Assembly: GCA_028534125.1 (NCBI GenBank) | Contig: CM052817.1 | Location: 2,730,001-2,794,000, forward strand | DNA: 64,000 nt | Source: Lama glama | Lineage: Eukaryota | Direction of reading: 5' to 3' | Shown here: positions 36,501-48,520 of the stretch, piece after piece | Layout: the number at the start of each line of letters is the position of its first letter | Position numbering within the stretch: the first letter of the stretch is position 1 | Translations under genes and position numbers: made by a program | The notes under the pieces: model-generated | The model's input: the letters and a program-made list of their open reading frames with translations, nothing else | Database searches by the model: none | Told to the model about the DNA's origin: nothing

Positions 36501-39500
36501 CGACACTCAATTTCAGATGTGATGATTTAAACACAAAACCCTCTGGATAATATTCGTAGGTCAAAGGCTGGCAGGAAATACCCGAAAGCACCTCGTGGTG
36601 GGCATTGTGGGCAGAGGCAGAGTTGTGAGGGGTTCTGTTTCTTTTGCGACTGTCCGCGTGCTCTCCCGCAGGCAAGTCACACAGACGCATCGGAGAAACC
36701 AAAGGGAGGGAGGGAGGCCTGGCGGGGCTGTGAGCCGGGCCGGGGCCGGGCTGTGAAACAGCAGAAGGCCAGGCTGTGTCCCCCAGTGCCCCCCGCTAGG
36801 CGGCTGTGTCCCCCATCGCCCCCCGCTAGGCAGGCGGCAGGGCCCTGGGGGTGCGGGGCCACAGGCGCTCCGAGGAGAAGCCAGACGGGCTCACCTCCCA
36901 CCCAGGCAGCAGCTCCTTTGGGACACAGACGTGTCTAGATCCCCCACAGACCAGCAGTGACCAGCACAGGCAGGCCCCACAGCAGCCCCCGAGAGGGAGG
37001 GAGGGTGGGGGGGGAGGCCTGACCCCATCTGATCCAGTACACAGTAGGTCTGCAAACAACACTGCAAAGAACGTGGTTCAGCCTGTTAACCAATTCTTGC
37101 AAGGAGCAGCCTTACAAGAGCATAGTCAGTGGCCCCTTCTGTGTCCCAGGAATCAGGCTGCAGGCAAAGATGGTTCAGGGTGGAGACAGGCCAGGCACTA
37201 GCCCCAGGTCCCGTGGACTTCAGAGCCCGAGCCTCCCCTGACCCCGGGGCCTGGGGCTCCCCCGTGGAGCTCCCGGGTCAGACAGCTGCTGGTGACATAG
37301 GCCCTTCCAGGCCCTGCCCCTTTAAGCCAGCGAGGTGGGTGGTGGGGAGGGGGTGGGGGTGGGACAGGGCCTGTTTCCTGGGCCTCCTCCCCACACACAG
37401 ATGAATCATCCGATGAATCAGTGGGGAGAGAAGACGCGGTTCCCACCGCCTCTTTCCACATGAAAACCTTGGGCCCCACGGCTGGGAGGCAGACTCTGTT
37501 TATTTGGGGGTTTTGACAACCCCCACCCTCGCCCTGTCCTGGAGCCAAAGTTCTGAAGTCAACAGTCAGTCCTGACCAGATTCAGCTGTTCGTATATTTT
37601 CTGTTTGTTTGTTTGTTTTCAAAAATAAACGGTAATCCGCAGGTCTTGGAAGTTTTAGTCAGGAGGAACTTGACAGAGCAAAGCAATCAGGGCCAGGTGT
37701 CCAGTGGCGCTGCCTGGGAGAGGAAGGGGCACCGCCAGGGCGGAAAGAGACCAGGAGAAGAGCCAGCAGGAAGCCAACTGGGGCTCGGGGCCCCACCTCC
37801 AATATTTCTGTACAGTGCACCTTCCGGGAGGGCTGAGGGACACTGGCACACCCTGAAAGAGGACCTACTATGTGCCGGCTCTGGACAGTCATGACTGCTA
37901 TGAAACAGATGGGGAAACTGAGGCCCAGACACCCTGTAGGGCCACTCTCTACTGTTGCACAGGCTGTATACTGCACAATTCTAGGATGATTATTAACAAA
38001 GATCATAGCGTGACTACCTCCCTTGGGATTGTGCAGTGCACAACCTGCTTAACTGTCTGCGTTACCGCTCCAGCATACAATGGGCAGACCCAAGACTGAG
38101 ACCCAGTTCTAACCCTCTAACTCCAAGGTCAGTGTTCCCTTCTTCTGTTGTCTCCTGCAATCAGAATACTCACCTCCATCACCCAGTGGTTAGATAAGAG
38201 GTAGAGATGGAGGGAGCGTCAGCAGATGCCCACAAGGTCCTAGGCTGTGCCTACCTGTCTGTGACGCTGACTACAGTCTGCAGGCCAGATGGCAACCTCT
38301 CAGCAGGGCATTCAAGGACCTTGGTGTCCAGGTCCCATTTACACCTGCAGCCTCACTACTGCTGCTGCCACTCCCCATCCCGTACCTTCAGCTCCAGTTC
38401 CCCAAGCACACATGCTCTGAAGCGCTCCCCAACCTCTGCAGTCAGTCCCTCAGGCCAACACACCTCCCCCTGGGAGCCCACCCCGACTAGGCAGGCTCAG
38501 TGACTGAGCTCTCTGTCTGGGGCCCACGACACCTCGTGACCCTTCTCAAAGCTGTCCCTCGGGACTGCCCCTATGGCCTGGGCACCCCTGACCCACTGCG
38601 CTAAGCAGAGAGCTGCGGGAGAATGAGTGAATTGTGTGGGTGGGCACGCGGTCCCAGGGGCCCCTCCACAGCCACTCGCCTCCACCCCAGCCCCCCCCCC
38701 ACTTTGAGGGGCAGCCTTTGAAGCCCCAGGAGCCGCCTTCCAGGCTGATTAGTTCCCAGGATGGCTCCCTGCCTGTGTTTTTCTTTCTCTTGAAAACTTG
38801 CCTGTCCCTGAATGAACTGTCTCCCCCCAGCCAAGGACAGTGGCTTCTGATCCCGCTGTGGCTCCTGGGGTTGGGGGAGGGGCGATGCCACTGTCTGCAC
38901 CCCCCAGGCTCCTGTCCCCAGAACACAGGGCCGAGGGCTGCGGCCCGGGGCTCCCTCTCCAGGGGCCAAGCCAGCTGGGGCTCCGGGCACTTATGCTGTG
39001 AGTTCCCACAGCAGCTCTGCCAGCTCACCCATTTTACAGGAGAGGGAGTCGGCTCAGAGAGGCCGGAAGACCCGCCAGGCCCCGCAGCCAGGCCCCCTGA
39101 ACTCCCACCCCATGCTGGTCCTCGCCCAGATGATTGGCTGCCCTGCCCCGAGGAGAGCCCAGCCCCGGCCAGTCCCCAGCTTGGGGCCAGCCTGGCTCCT
39201 CTGGCCATGAACTCCACTGGGGCTGCAGCCAACCCTGTGGAGGAGAGGGCTCTGCCACCAGCTTGTTCGTGCTTCATCAGAGGGGTCCCACAGGCCAGGC
39301 AGGACTCCAGGCCTCAAACAGCACCACCCAAGCCATGGAAACCAAAGTGGGTCAGCCTCTGGCCCTCCTCTTACAGGAAGCCCTCCTTGCCCTGACTGGT
39401 CCGTTAGTTGACTCCTCTGGGCTCAGACTCTTCAGCCGTGACACGCCGGTGGAACTCCTGCGGGCAGGGTCTGGCACGTGGGAGCCCCTCCCCCTGCAAA

Positions 39501-42500
39501 CACTGCCTTCCAGCTCCTTCCCTTCCTCGACTGCCCCGCCTTCCTCCCTCAAACTCCATTTATGTGCGAAATGTCCACTTGTCAATATTTAGGTTTGTTC
39601 GCACTAACCTCCATTACCCCTTACACTGTGCAAAGTGCTTTAAATTCATTATCTCACTGATCGTCCAATGACCCAGTGAGGAGGGTACCGCCACTGTCCC
39701 CATTTCACAGATGAGGAAACTGAGGTGCAGAGAGCTGAAACTTGCAGGATTTTGCCATGGGAAGTGCTAAAACTGGGACTCATCCCTGAGCAGCCGGATG
39801 AGGGGAACCAAACTGGGTCTCAGTCCTCACTCAGACCATTCTGTACCAGAGGGGCTAAAGCATACAGTTGGAAAGGTTGTGCACTGCACAACTTGGAGAC
39901 CAGAACGTGTGTTCAGTGCAGGGCACACACACTCATGTCCTGACCACACCTTTGCTACACTGAGGACATGGGGTCTGTAACTTTATTCTATTTTCAACTT
40001 CTTTATTCAACACTTCTGTGAAATCCAAGATGGGAGGCCACTTCCTCAAGGTACTGGAGGCCTGGGTAGCATGCAGAGTGCTAGACAGAAAGTCAGGGGG
40101 ACCCGGGCCCAAGGCAGAGCTGTCTGTCCCCACTTGATGACCTTCGGGCAGCCCGCTGAACCCTGATGAGTCTTTTCTGCTAAAGGTCCATGACAAAAAC
40201 ACCCAGACACCATGTGTGTTTAGCCTGGAGCGCAAGGTCTTGCCCTTGACCTTGCTAAAACATGGTGGCTTCTCTTCCTCAAAGCAGACCCAGGAGGAGG
40301 CGGACTTCAGACCCTCTGGCAGGACACACAGCTCACTCGGCCAGCCCCCGCCCACTCCCTCATCCAGTCTGCACAAACCCCACACCTCCAGGGAGCCAAG
40401 TGACTCTCTGCTTGGCCTCAAGTTTCCCCAGAGCTCCCAGCCGCTGAGGGGTACATGTCAGGCCAGGTGGACAAAGCCAGGGGGTCGAGCCTGGCACAGC
40501 CCAGCTCCAGCTCACCCAGCACAGCGCTTGCAGTATGACAGAGTTGCAGCAGCTCTGTTCATCCCCAAAGTGTCCGGGTGTCTCCTCTGGGGTCCCCTTG
40601 GATGTGGCCATGATGGCAAGGACAGGACCTGGGATTTGGGCTGGGTAGGGGTGGGGCTCCACTGGCCTCGCAGGTCCTGGAATTCCCCCCGCAGTCTATA
40701 GAGGTGATGAGACCGCTGCCCGGTCCTGAACTGAGGCCACCCCTTCTCATGACACAAGCATAGCAACACTGCCGCCAACACATGGACAGGGCCATTCATC
40801 AGCCAGGCTCTTTCCAGGGGACCCCGTCCCCCACTGGACACCCTTCTCACCAGAGCCTCCCACCAGAAGCTAATCTGAACTCACCACCTTGTCTCTCCAA
40901 ACCTGCTCCTCCAGTGCCCCGCCTCCAGGCAAGGCCCCGCCATCCATCCACCCTGCCCGATGACCCATATCAGGCATGAGATCTTAATGCCTCTGGAGCC
41001 CCTCCCCCTCACTGTCACCCTAGCTCCAGCCTCATCAGTTCTCCCTGCCCAGGGAACTGGACTCCCTCCAGCTGGGCCCATGTACCCACACTGCACACCT
41101 GCACACACATAAGCCCTCCTGAAGATGGGTCACCCTCACAGTTCCTCCACCTGGTACCAGCCTATGCTCAGCATTTCCCGCTGTCCTCCTCTGCACAGAC
41201 TCTCTTTGGGTCTACCTCTCCATGGCTGTTAGATGCCACCCCCTCCAGGAAGCCCTCCTGATCTACCCTTCTCCCCATCCTGGAGATGGGTTCTCCCTCC
41301 CCTGAGTTCCTCACATTGTCCTCCGTGCCTCACAACACAGGATCAGGGATTCCACAGGGACTTGGCTGGTGGTGGTGATGGTGTGCAGGAAATAGAGGCC
41401 AGAACATACTGAGCCTGCAGGCCATGTCAGAAGTTGTGCTTGGTCCTGAAGACAGTGGGATTCATGGCTGGGCTTTGAGCAGGGGAGATCCCAGTCTCAT
41501 ACTGCCCCTTTGGACCACTGTTTGGAGGTGCATGGGAAGGGAGAAGCCCCTGGAAGACAGACCAGAGTGGGTGCTGTGGGATCCCAGTGCACCTCCAGAC
41601 CAGCTTAGGGAGCATGGAGGGTGAGGGTGCTTTCCAGGCCAAGCCCTGGCAGGGAAGGGACAGCTGCACCGCACCCTGGGCCTCAAGCTCCTCTTGGCTG
41701 GACTCCTGGCTCCCAGGAGCCTTGGCGCTGGGAACTCCTGAGTCCTCAGGAGCCACCAGATGCTGCCACTCAGCGCTGCTGTCAGGGTGGGGGAGCGAGA
41801 GGAATACGGATGCCTGATTCCTGAATGCAGAATCCCAAGACTTGCCAGGCCGGGAAGCTGCTAAGAGGATTAAAAATCAAAAACTAACCAAAGCTCTTAA
41901 ATAAACAGAACTGAGAGACTCCGCAGGAACGTGCTCTGGAGTTGTACAATAATCACTGACGATTAAATGCCACGTTGCGAACTGCTCAGGGCTCGAAATT
42001 CTGATCAACTACATGCTCGAAGGCCTGTTTGCCTGCATTGTAGGCAGAGAGGCCGTGAGGATCTCCGGGCTCTGGCTGAGTGAAGAGGAAAACCTCTGCT
42101 CTGCGCAGACCCTCTGAGCACCTTTCTCTGGGCTTCACTACTTCATTGATGGATATTCGCCCGCACTGGGCAGCAGCTCTGCCTGCCACGGGGATGCGAG
42201 CACGTGAGGGCTCCCTGGAAGGCTGGCGAGCCCGTCACCAGGGGCATCAGGATGGTCGAATACCATGTGGGTGCATCTTTCATTCCGCAGCACCTACTGA
42301 GCCCAGGCACTGGACCACGCCCAGCAGGGAACGAACAGACCAGACCTCCACCTTGTGAGCCTCAGAGCCTGGTGAGGATGGAGATAAGGCAAGTCATCGA
42401 GGAGCTGGGAGGGGCCCAGAGGAGCCTCCAAGGGGCACTCATGAGGCTAATAAAGGGGCTTACCCAGGCGGTCAGGGAGGGCAGCTCAGCAGTGGTGGGA

Positions 42501-45500
42501 CATCTAGGCCAAGGCAGGATGAGGATTGGCCCCATGAAGGTGAGGAAATGGGACTTTCAGGCAATGCGCACAGTGTGTGCAAAGGCCCTGAGGTAGAAAG
42601 GAGACCAGTGTGGCTGGAGCACAGAGGATGGGATGGTGTTGGACGGGTGTGCAAGGCCAGATGACAGAGGACCTTGGGGGTCAGGGTCAGTGTTGGGGAG
42701 CTGCCAAAGGGATCCCACCTGCCATGGGCAGGACGGATTCATCAAGGTCATCCTGGCTGCTGGGTGAAGAAGCGATCCAATGGAGGATGAAGGAGGTGGG
42801 GGAGGTTAGTGTGGGCAGCATTGCTGGGGGTGCTACGGAATGAAAGATGCACCCACATGGGGGGACCCAGCAGCGGTGGCTGCTGCAGGGATGTTTCCAG
42901 GTCGAGCTGAGGACTCTCCTGCTGATGGGAGGTAGGGAGTGAGGGAAAGAGAAGGGTCAAAAGTGACCAAGGCTTCTGACTTAACCTTCCTAGGGGTGGT
43001 CTTGTTGGCTGAAGGCCACGGCCAGCTGAGACACACAGGACTCCAGTGCAGGGAAGAGTGGGGCTGGAGACAGGACCCCTAGTCCGCAGCACCCGGCATT
43101 TCTGGAGGCTGTAAGGGTAGAGCTGGCAGGACTTCTGTCCACAGGGAAATGCCAGAGTGGGCAGCACCATGCCCGCTGCTACGTGTGCACATCACTTGTG
43201 ACTTCCGGCCAGGCCCAGGGGAGGGCGGAGAGGGGGCAGCACGGTCAGTGACACTCTATGGAGGATGAGCCCACTGTAGCTGGAGACCTGACCCTGACCC
43301 CAGAGCCTGGGGACCTCGCTGCCCCTGTCTGCAGGAGAAAGCCGGGGACCTGTAACAGCACAACTTTCACAGCCAGCCAGCTCCAGGGCAGGCCTGACTC
43401 GGACATTTCCCGGCCGAGTGACCTCAGCCAAGTCACTTGGCCTTTGCCTGCCTCAGTGATCACATCCATGATGCATGAGCAAGGAACGGATTCACAGCAG
43501 CAAATGAGACAGCACCAGGCAGAGCCCGGTACCAGCACGAATCCACAAGGACTGGACTCTGCACGTGCAGCCCCACGGAAACCTGGGTGTCTGAGGTCCC
43601 TGTGCCCGGGTGAACGCACAGGAGCGAGGGTGGGGTCACAGACCACGGGCCACAGTGTGAATGGAGCTCGCGGGAACCTGGACCTGTCTCCTCCTCCTTC
43701 GTGCAGGGAGCCCTCCCCTCCCGCCCCTCCTCAGTGGCCCAGCTACCTTGCCCCTTGGGCTCTGGTAGCAGCAGGGCTAGTGGGACCCTGCGCCTGTGCG
43801 GCCAGTCCGTCTGCCTCTGCTTGGCTCCTACCCCTCCATCCTCCCCAGCCTTCGCCCAGAGAGCTCTCAGGCACCCCTCGCAGCCTCCTCTGGGGCGCCT
43901 CCCCAGCCTTTCCAGATGAAGGGAACCGGCGGTGGGGGAGCCAGCATCGTGATAACAGGGAAAGAAGTAAGAAGCACCCTGTCGACTGCTCGTCGGAGGC
44001 ACATGCCTGCGCCCCGGGGTCGTGGATCCTCACCACGGCTCTCCCCGCAGCTGCTACTGTCGCCCCACTTTACAGACGAGGAAACTGGGGCAGGAACTTG
44101 CAGATGGCTGCCCCATTAGCAAAAAGCACAGGGACAGCCCCAGCCATGACCTCACGCTCCAGCCGCTTCCCCTGCTGAGCCGTCTGTGCCGGTGTGTGGG
44201 CATCAGGCCACTGTCCTCTTCTCACCCCACCATGTGCCCCCACCATCTGAGTTTCTCCAGGATACAGGTGGGGTCTGTCTCATTACAGTGGCCTTGTCAC
44301 CAGCCCAGGGCCAGCAGGACACACAGAGAAGGTGCTTCACAAACGTAGACTCCGTCCGTTAAGAACAAAGGTTTCAGAACGTCTAGACCACCTCCAACCT
44401 CCCCGCCGCCCCCCCGGGCGCGGAGCCCCGCTCTAAGCCTCCGATACCTGGGGGAGTCGGCATTTGGGAGGGGCCCACAGACACAACCAAGCTGCAGTGG
44501 GCAGCGCCAGGCCCACCGTGAGCCCTCTGCCTCCCAGACCCCCCAGCACAGCCTCAGATGGGCCTGCTGGTTCCGTGCCCCACGCCAGAGGCTGCAGTGG
44601 GCACCCAGCAAGCGGTGACGCCCACCTCCGTGACCCTGAGTGGCACCCTGCTCCCGGCCCTCGGCCTCCTGGCACAATCAAAACACAAGTCTGACCGTAC
44701 CACCCTCACTTCTCTTAAAACCCTTCAATGGCTCTCCCATACCACCATGGTTAATCCCACGCACTGCTTCCCAAACTGGGCTCCCCGGAACGCCGGTGTG
44801 CCGGGGGAGGTCATTTGTCCTGCCAGGGAAGAGTTCTCCATTGAAGTTCTCTTGGGAAAGCCTGGGTTTTATCATTTTGTGGTTTTTTTTCTCTCTTGCT
44901 GCAGATTTTCTCCGGAGCTTGACAGACTCAAGCGTAGTGTGAATCCCCACTGCAGGGATGGTGTCTGCTTTCCTGAGTGTTTTGGGCCACAGGACACTTA
45001 TTTTCAGAATCCAAGACAGGATTTGGGAAGCCTGGCCAACAGGACAAAGGCTAAGGCGTGACGTTTACAGGCCGCCTGTGGCCTCATCCCTGTGATCCTG
45101 CCACCCAGCCTTGGGTATCTCCCCTGGTACATGCACACACGCATTCCATGCACGGCGGCTGCTCTGGGCACCTGCTCTTCCCGACTCAGCTCACCCCACA
45201 CAGCAAGGCATCCACGTGGTGGTGCACGTTGTCCCCTCTTCCCAGAAAGCCTCCCCCTCCCTGTGGGGGGACGGGTCCTCATCCTTGAAGATTCAGCTTA
45301 GATGCCCCTGGTCTCTGAAGGCTTCCCGGCACCCCAGGCGGCCCTGCTCCCCGCAGTGCTCCCAGGTCCCCTGGAGCCTGTCCTGGTGGGTAGCATCTCC
45401 CGTGCTGCCGTGGCCTGGGGGACGCACCTCCCATCACAGTGAACTCAGGGCCCAGCGCAGGTTGCGGATCTGCGAGTATGTGTTGGACCAGTGCTGGAGC

Positions 45501-46109
45501 CTGCCTTCTTAAGGGATGCCCCAAACTAACAAGAGTACAGCAAGGTCTTCCAGCATTTTCTTCCCGGCTCAAGGTCAATCTTTGTGGCAAGAAGCAACCC
45601 ACAGCCAACTCCAGGTTAAAGGAGGCTGTTCTGAGGTCTGAAGGGAATGAGAAATTTCCTAACCCGACACTCGTCCCCATGGGACCCCAAGCAGTCCAGA
45701 GACCCCCTCCACGCTTGCTCACCATTCCTAAACAGCCCTCCAGAGACATGCATTTTAAATGCAGTGAAAAAAGAAAGAAAACACCACATGTTGCTCTATT
45801 AGTGTCACTTAGATATCCGGACTGGATATTTAAGGCCAGGAAAGATTTCTTTGTTTGCACCCAGCACCCAGGCAGAGCAGGGGATACAGGGACCTGTGAG
45901 AATAAGACCCAAGACGGGTAAGTTTTCGATGAGTCCAGAAGCTGGAGAAATGCACAGCTAGACCAGCCCCTTGGGGCGGCCAGAAGAGCACTGCGCTTCA
46001 CTTTTGACTACTTCTGTGACCTTGGGGACAGCAATTTACCTCTCTGGGTCTCAGTTTCCCCACCTGGAAGACCAGAAGGCTGCTTAGATGATTTCTAGAA
46101 GAAATCATC

Positions 46110-47130
46110 ACCTGTGCCCAGAGACGGCGGCCCTCGAGGCTCTGCCCTAGCCCTGAGCCTCAGTTTCCCCAGGAGGCGGCTTGTTCCGCCCCCGCGCTGC
46201 CATCGGTCCCACCCCCGCGCTGCCATCGGCCCCAGCCCGAGCGCTTACCCGATGGGCAGGCGCCCTTCTGCAGCTGGCGCACAGGCGTCCCGGAGAGCTG
46301 CAGCGCGCGGCGGCTGGCCGCCTGCAGCGCGCACACGTTGGCATAGGTGTGCCCGTCGGTGCCGCACACGGCGTGCGCCCAGCGGCAGCGACACACACCG
46401 CGCGCGCACTCCAGGCTCTCCCCGCACGGCGAGTCGACGGGGCGGCCACATGGCTCGCCCTCGACGGCGGCGCACACCAGACAGCAGTTGCAGAGGTCGG
46501 GCACGTAGCCACCAGGGCAGCGGGGGCTGGGGCACCGCGACACGTCACAGCGCGTGGGGCAGGACGCGGCCAGGGGCTCCCGGGCCAGCGCCAGCGCGGC
46601 CAGCGCGGCCAGCGCGGCCAGGAGCAGCGCCCGCGCCTGCATGGCGGACGGGCCGGGCGCGGGCGGCAGCGCGGGGCACCAGCCAGGGGGACACCGAAGC
46701 GTCTCCGGGCGCCTACGGAGGGAGCGGGGGCGGCAGCGCAGCCACATGCGCCGGAGGCTCAGGCGGGAGGGCTCTGGGACCGCAGGGACATGCCCGGGGC
46801 GCGGGGATGCGGGGGACCGGGGAGGCTCCCGCTCCCTCCTGGGCCGACGATCTGCGGGCAGCGGCCCCGCCGCATTTAAAGGCGCTGGCCGCCGCCCTCG
46901 CTGGAAGGGGGCGGCCCGACCCCTCCGCCAGCCCCGCCCCGGCCCAACCGCCCCCGCCCGGCCTTCCGGCTGGGACCCACCCAGCGGCCAAAAGACTGAG
47001 CCTGGCTGGTCTAGGAAACCCGGGTGGTGGTTATTCTTGGGCGTGGGTAGCGGGGGAGAGGGCGCAGGCCTCGCCCTCCCACCAGTCCCTTGCCAGCCAA
47101 GTTCATGTCCGAGTGCCTGCGACCTCGGCT
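46110..47130. promoter_or_regulatory. CpG island / HTRA3 promoter, with GC boxes and a TATA-like TTTAAAT (minus, 46874-46880)
   Basis: Very high CpG density around exon 1. CCCCGCCC boxes near 46932 and 46952. A single AT-rich element lies between the GC boxes and the leader. Confidence 0.85.
46249..46642 (-). CDS. HTRA3: HTRA3 coding exon 1: signal peptide, IGFBP-like and Kazal domains
   Basis: TCCGCC-ATG at 46642. Translates MQARALLLAALAALAALALAREP...CNCCLVCA...VCGTDGHTYANVCAL...KGACPS. Donor G|GTAAG, phase 1. Confidence 0.96.
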
Positions 47131-47924
47131 ACTCCCCCCTCGTAGAAATGGGCAATTCCAGACCATCCCAGCTCTTCCTCCCCAGCCTGCCTCCTCTCCC
47201 TCCCCGCCCCCACCTCCAAGCCTCCTCAGCCTGGGAGCCCTCAGGGCAGACCTGGCCCGGTCCACGTGGTGGTAGGGGTGGGTGTCACCCCTAAATGGCT
47301 CCCCCCCCGGGACAGAAGCGCCCCTCCCTCGTTGTCCCTAGTCTTAGAGCCTGGAGGATGTGCTCCCCCAGGATCCCGACAGGTCTGTCCCGTTCCAGCC
47401 CCAGTTCTCAGTGCTCTGTGACCATGGGAGGTGCGTTATGGCCCTGTGCCTCAGTTTTCCTCCCCACAAATGGGGAATGAGGCACTCGGCTGCCTCACAG
47501 GGCTGTCGGGAGAATCCCAGGGGGTGGGCGGTGGAGTAATGTTCACAAGTACTTCATGCTTGTTACGCAGTCAGCCTGCAGGAGCACCATTCTCCTGGTT
47601 ATTCTTCGCACACTCACTGAAGGGCCATTTCAGACCCAGGGCCCTGCCCTGAGGGGCCTAGAGCCTGGTGACCATGATGTCACCCGTATGACAAAGACTG
47701 AGGGGGTCCGAGGAGAGGGCAGAACCCTCCTTTGGAGGTGAGCCTCAAGAGTGTGTAGGGTTTGGCTACATGGTAATGGGCCTAGGGGCTGGCAGAGGAC
47801 GGGCCGGGAGCCAGTCCCACCCTGGGCGAGGCTCTGGAAGCAAAGGCAAGTCAGCGTGAGGCCCATTCTGCGGAGACAGCCCTCGGGTGCGAAGCCTGGA
47901 GCCGGGGGTCTCGCCCTCTCTGTC

Positions 47925-48520
47925 AGGCCCTTTGGCCACCTGGTTAAGTCTGGGGAGCCCTTCTCAGAATGGTGTTTTTTAAATGCATAAAACAAACTGC
48001 ACAGCATTACTAGGGGAAGCAATGCTATTGAGAAGGAGAAGCTGGGCTGGGCTAACAAGATAACTCGTAAATCTAAGTGTAACAAGTATCAGTTTACTGA
48101 TCTGAGTTCTGCCGGGCTGACTCGTAAATCTGAAGTTTAGTGTCAGTTTACTGGGCCAACAAGATAACTCATAAATCCAAGCTCAACACGTGTCAGTACC
48201 GTGGTCTGTTCCTAACAGATCAGCTCCAGTGTGCTGATTCCTTGCTTTTTGTTGTTCGAGCTAATACCCCATATTTGTAACTAACCCTATAAAGCCCTAT
48301 AAAACCCCATGCACACATCTTGGAGGTGCTCAGAGCTTCGGAGCAGAAGCCCCTCTGAGCCCGCCGGCGTAATACATCTGAGTGCTCCAACCCTCCGAGT
48401 GGTGCTTGTTTCTTGATGGCCTGTCATTTCCATAACACTATAATTAATATGCTTATTAAATATAAAAACCTACAAATAAATCCATGGTACGTATGTGGCT
48501 TCTTTGTGAACCCCTTAAAT
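47925..48520. mobile_element. Old hAT-Charlie-type DNA transposon fragment (MER103-like), interrupted by the solo LTR
   Basis: cccttctcagaatggtgttttttaaatgcataaaac resembles a recalled hAT MER consensus, and AT-rich sequence continues after the LTR. Family name uncertain. Confidence 0.5.
48029..48437 (+). mobile_element. Solo LTR, ERV1-like, 409 bp
   Basis: TG...CA termini, exact CTAT target-site duplication (48025-48028 and 48438-48441), repeated 5' motifs, two CTATAAA boxes (about 48287-48303) and AATACA at 48371. Confidence 0.85.

Larger units (their letters stand above)
15750..46850 (-). other. HTRA3: HTRA3 gene span (HtrA serine peptidase 3), 9 coding exons, 456-aa long isoform; transcript ends approximate
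   Basis: Exons of 394+100+223+195+33+115+49+96+166 = 1371 nt join in frame with GT-AG boundaries. The protein has signal peptide, IGFBP, Kazal, protease and PDZ domains, and its MQARALLLAAL start matches HTRA3 rather than HTRA1/4. Confidence 0.97.

Noticed and set aside
38546..39395. Overlapping 243/253-aa ORFs on both strands
   Set aside because: GC-rich intronic sequence with no domain or splice support.
43258..44178. 306-aa plus-strand ORF in intron 1
   Set aside because: No recognisable domain, P/S/A-rich, and runs through MIR-like repeat text (tttacagacgaggaaactgggg). Consistent with chance in GC-rich DNA.
46114..47294. Long plus-strand ORFs (343, 232 and 246 aa) over the promoter and exon 1
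   Set aside because: They are antisense shadows of a CpG island where stops are rare. They are low-complexity R/A/P/G with no recognisable domain.
48050..48200. CRISPR-like repeat/spacer pattern
   Set aside because: Mammalian DNA with no cas genes. The repeats are degenerate tandem units inside an LTR.
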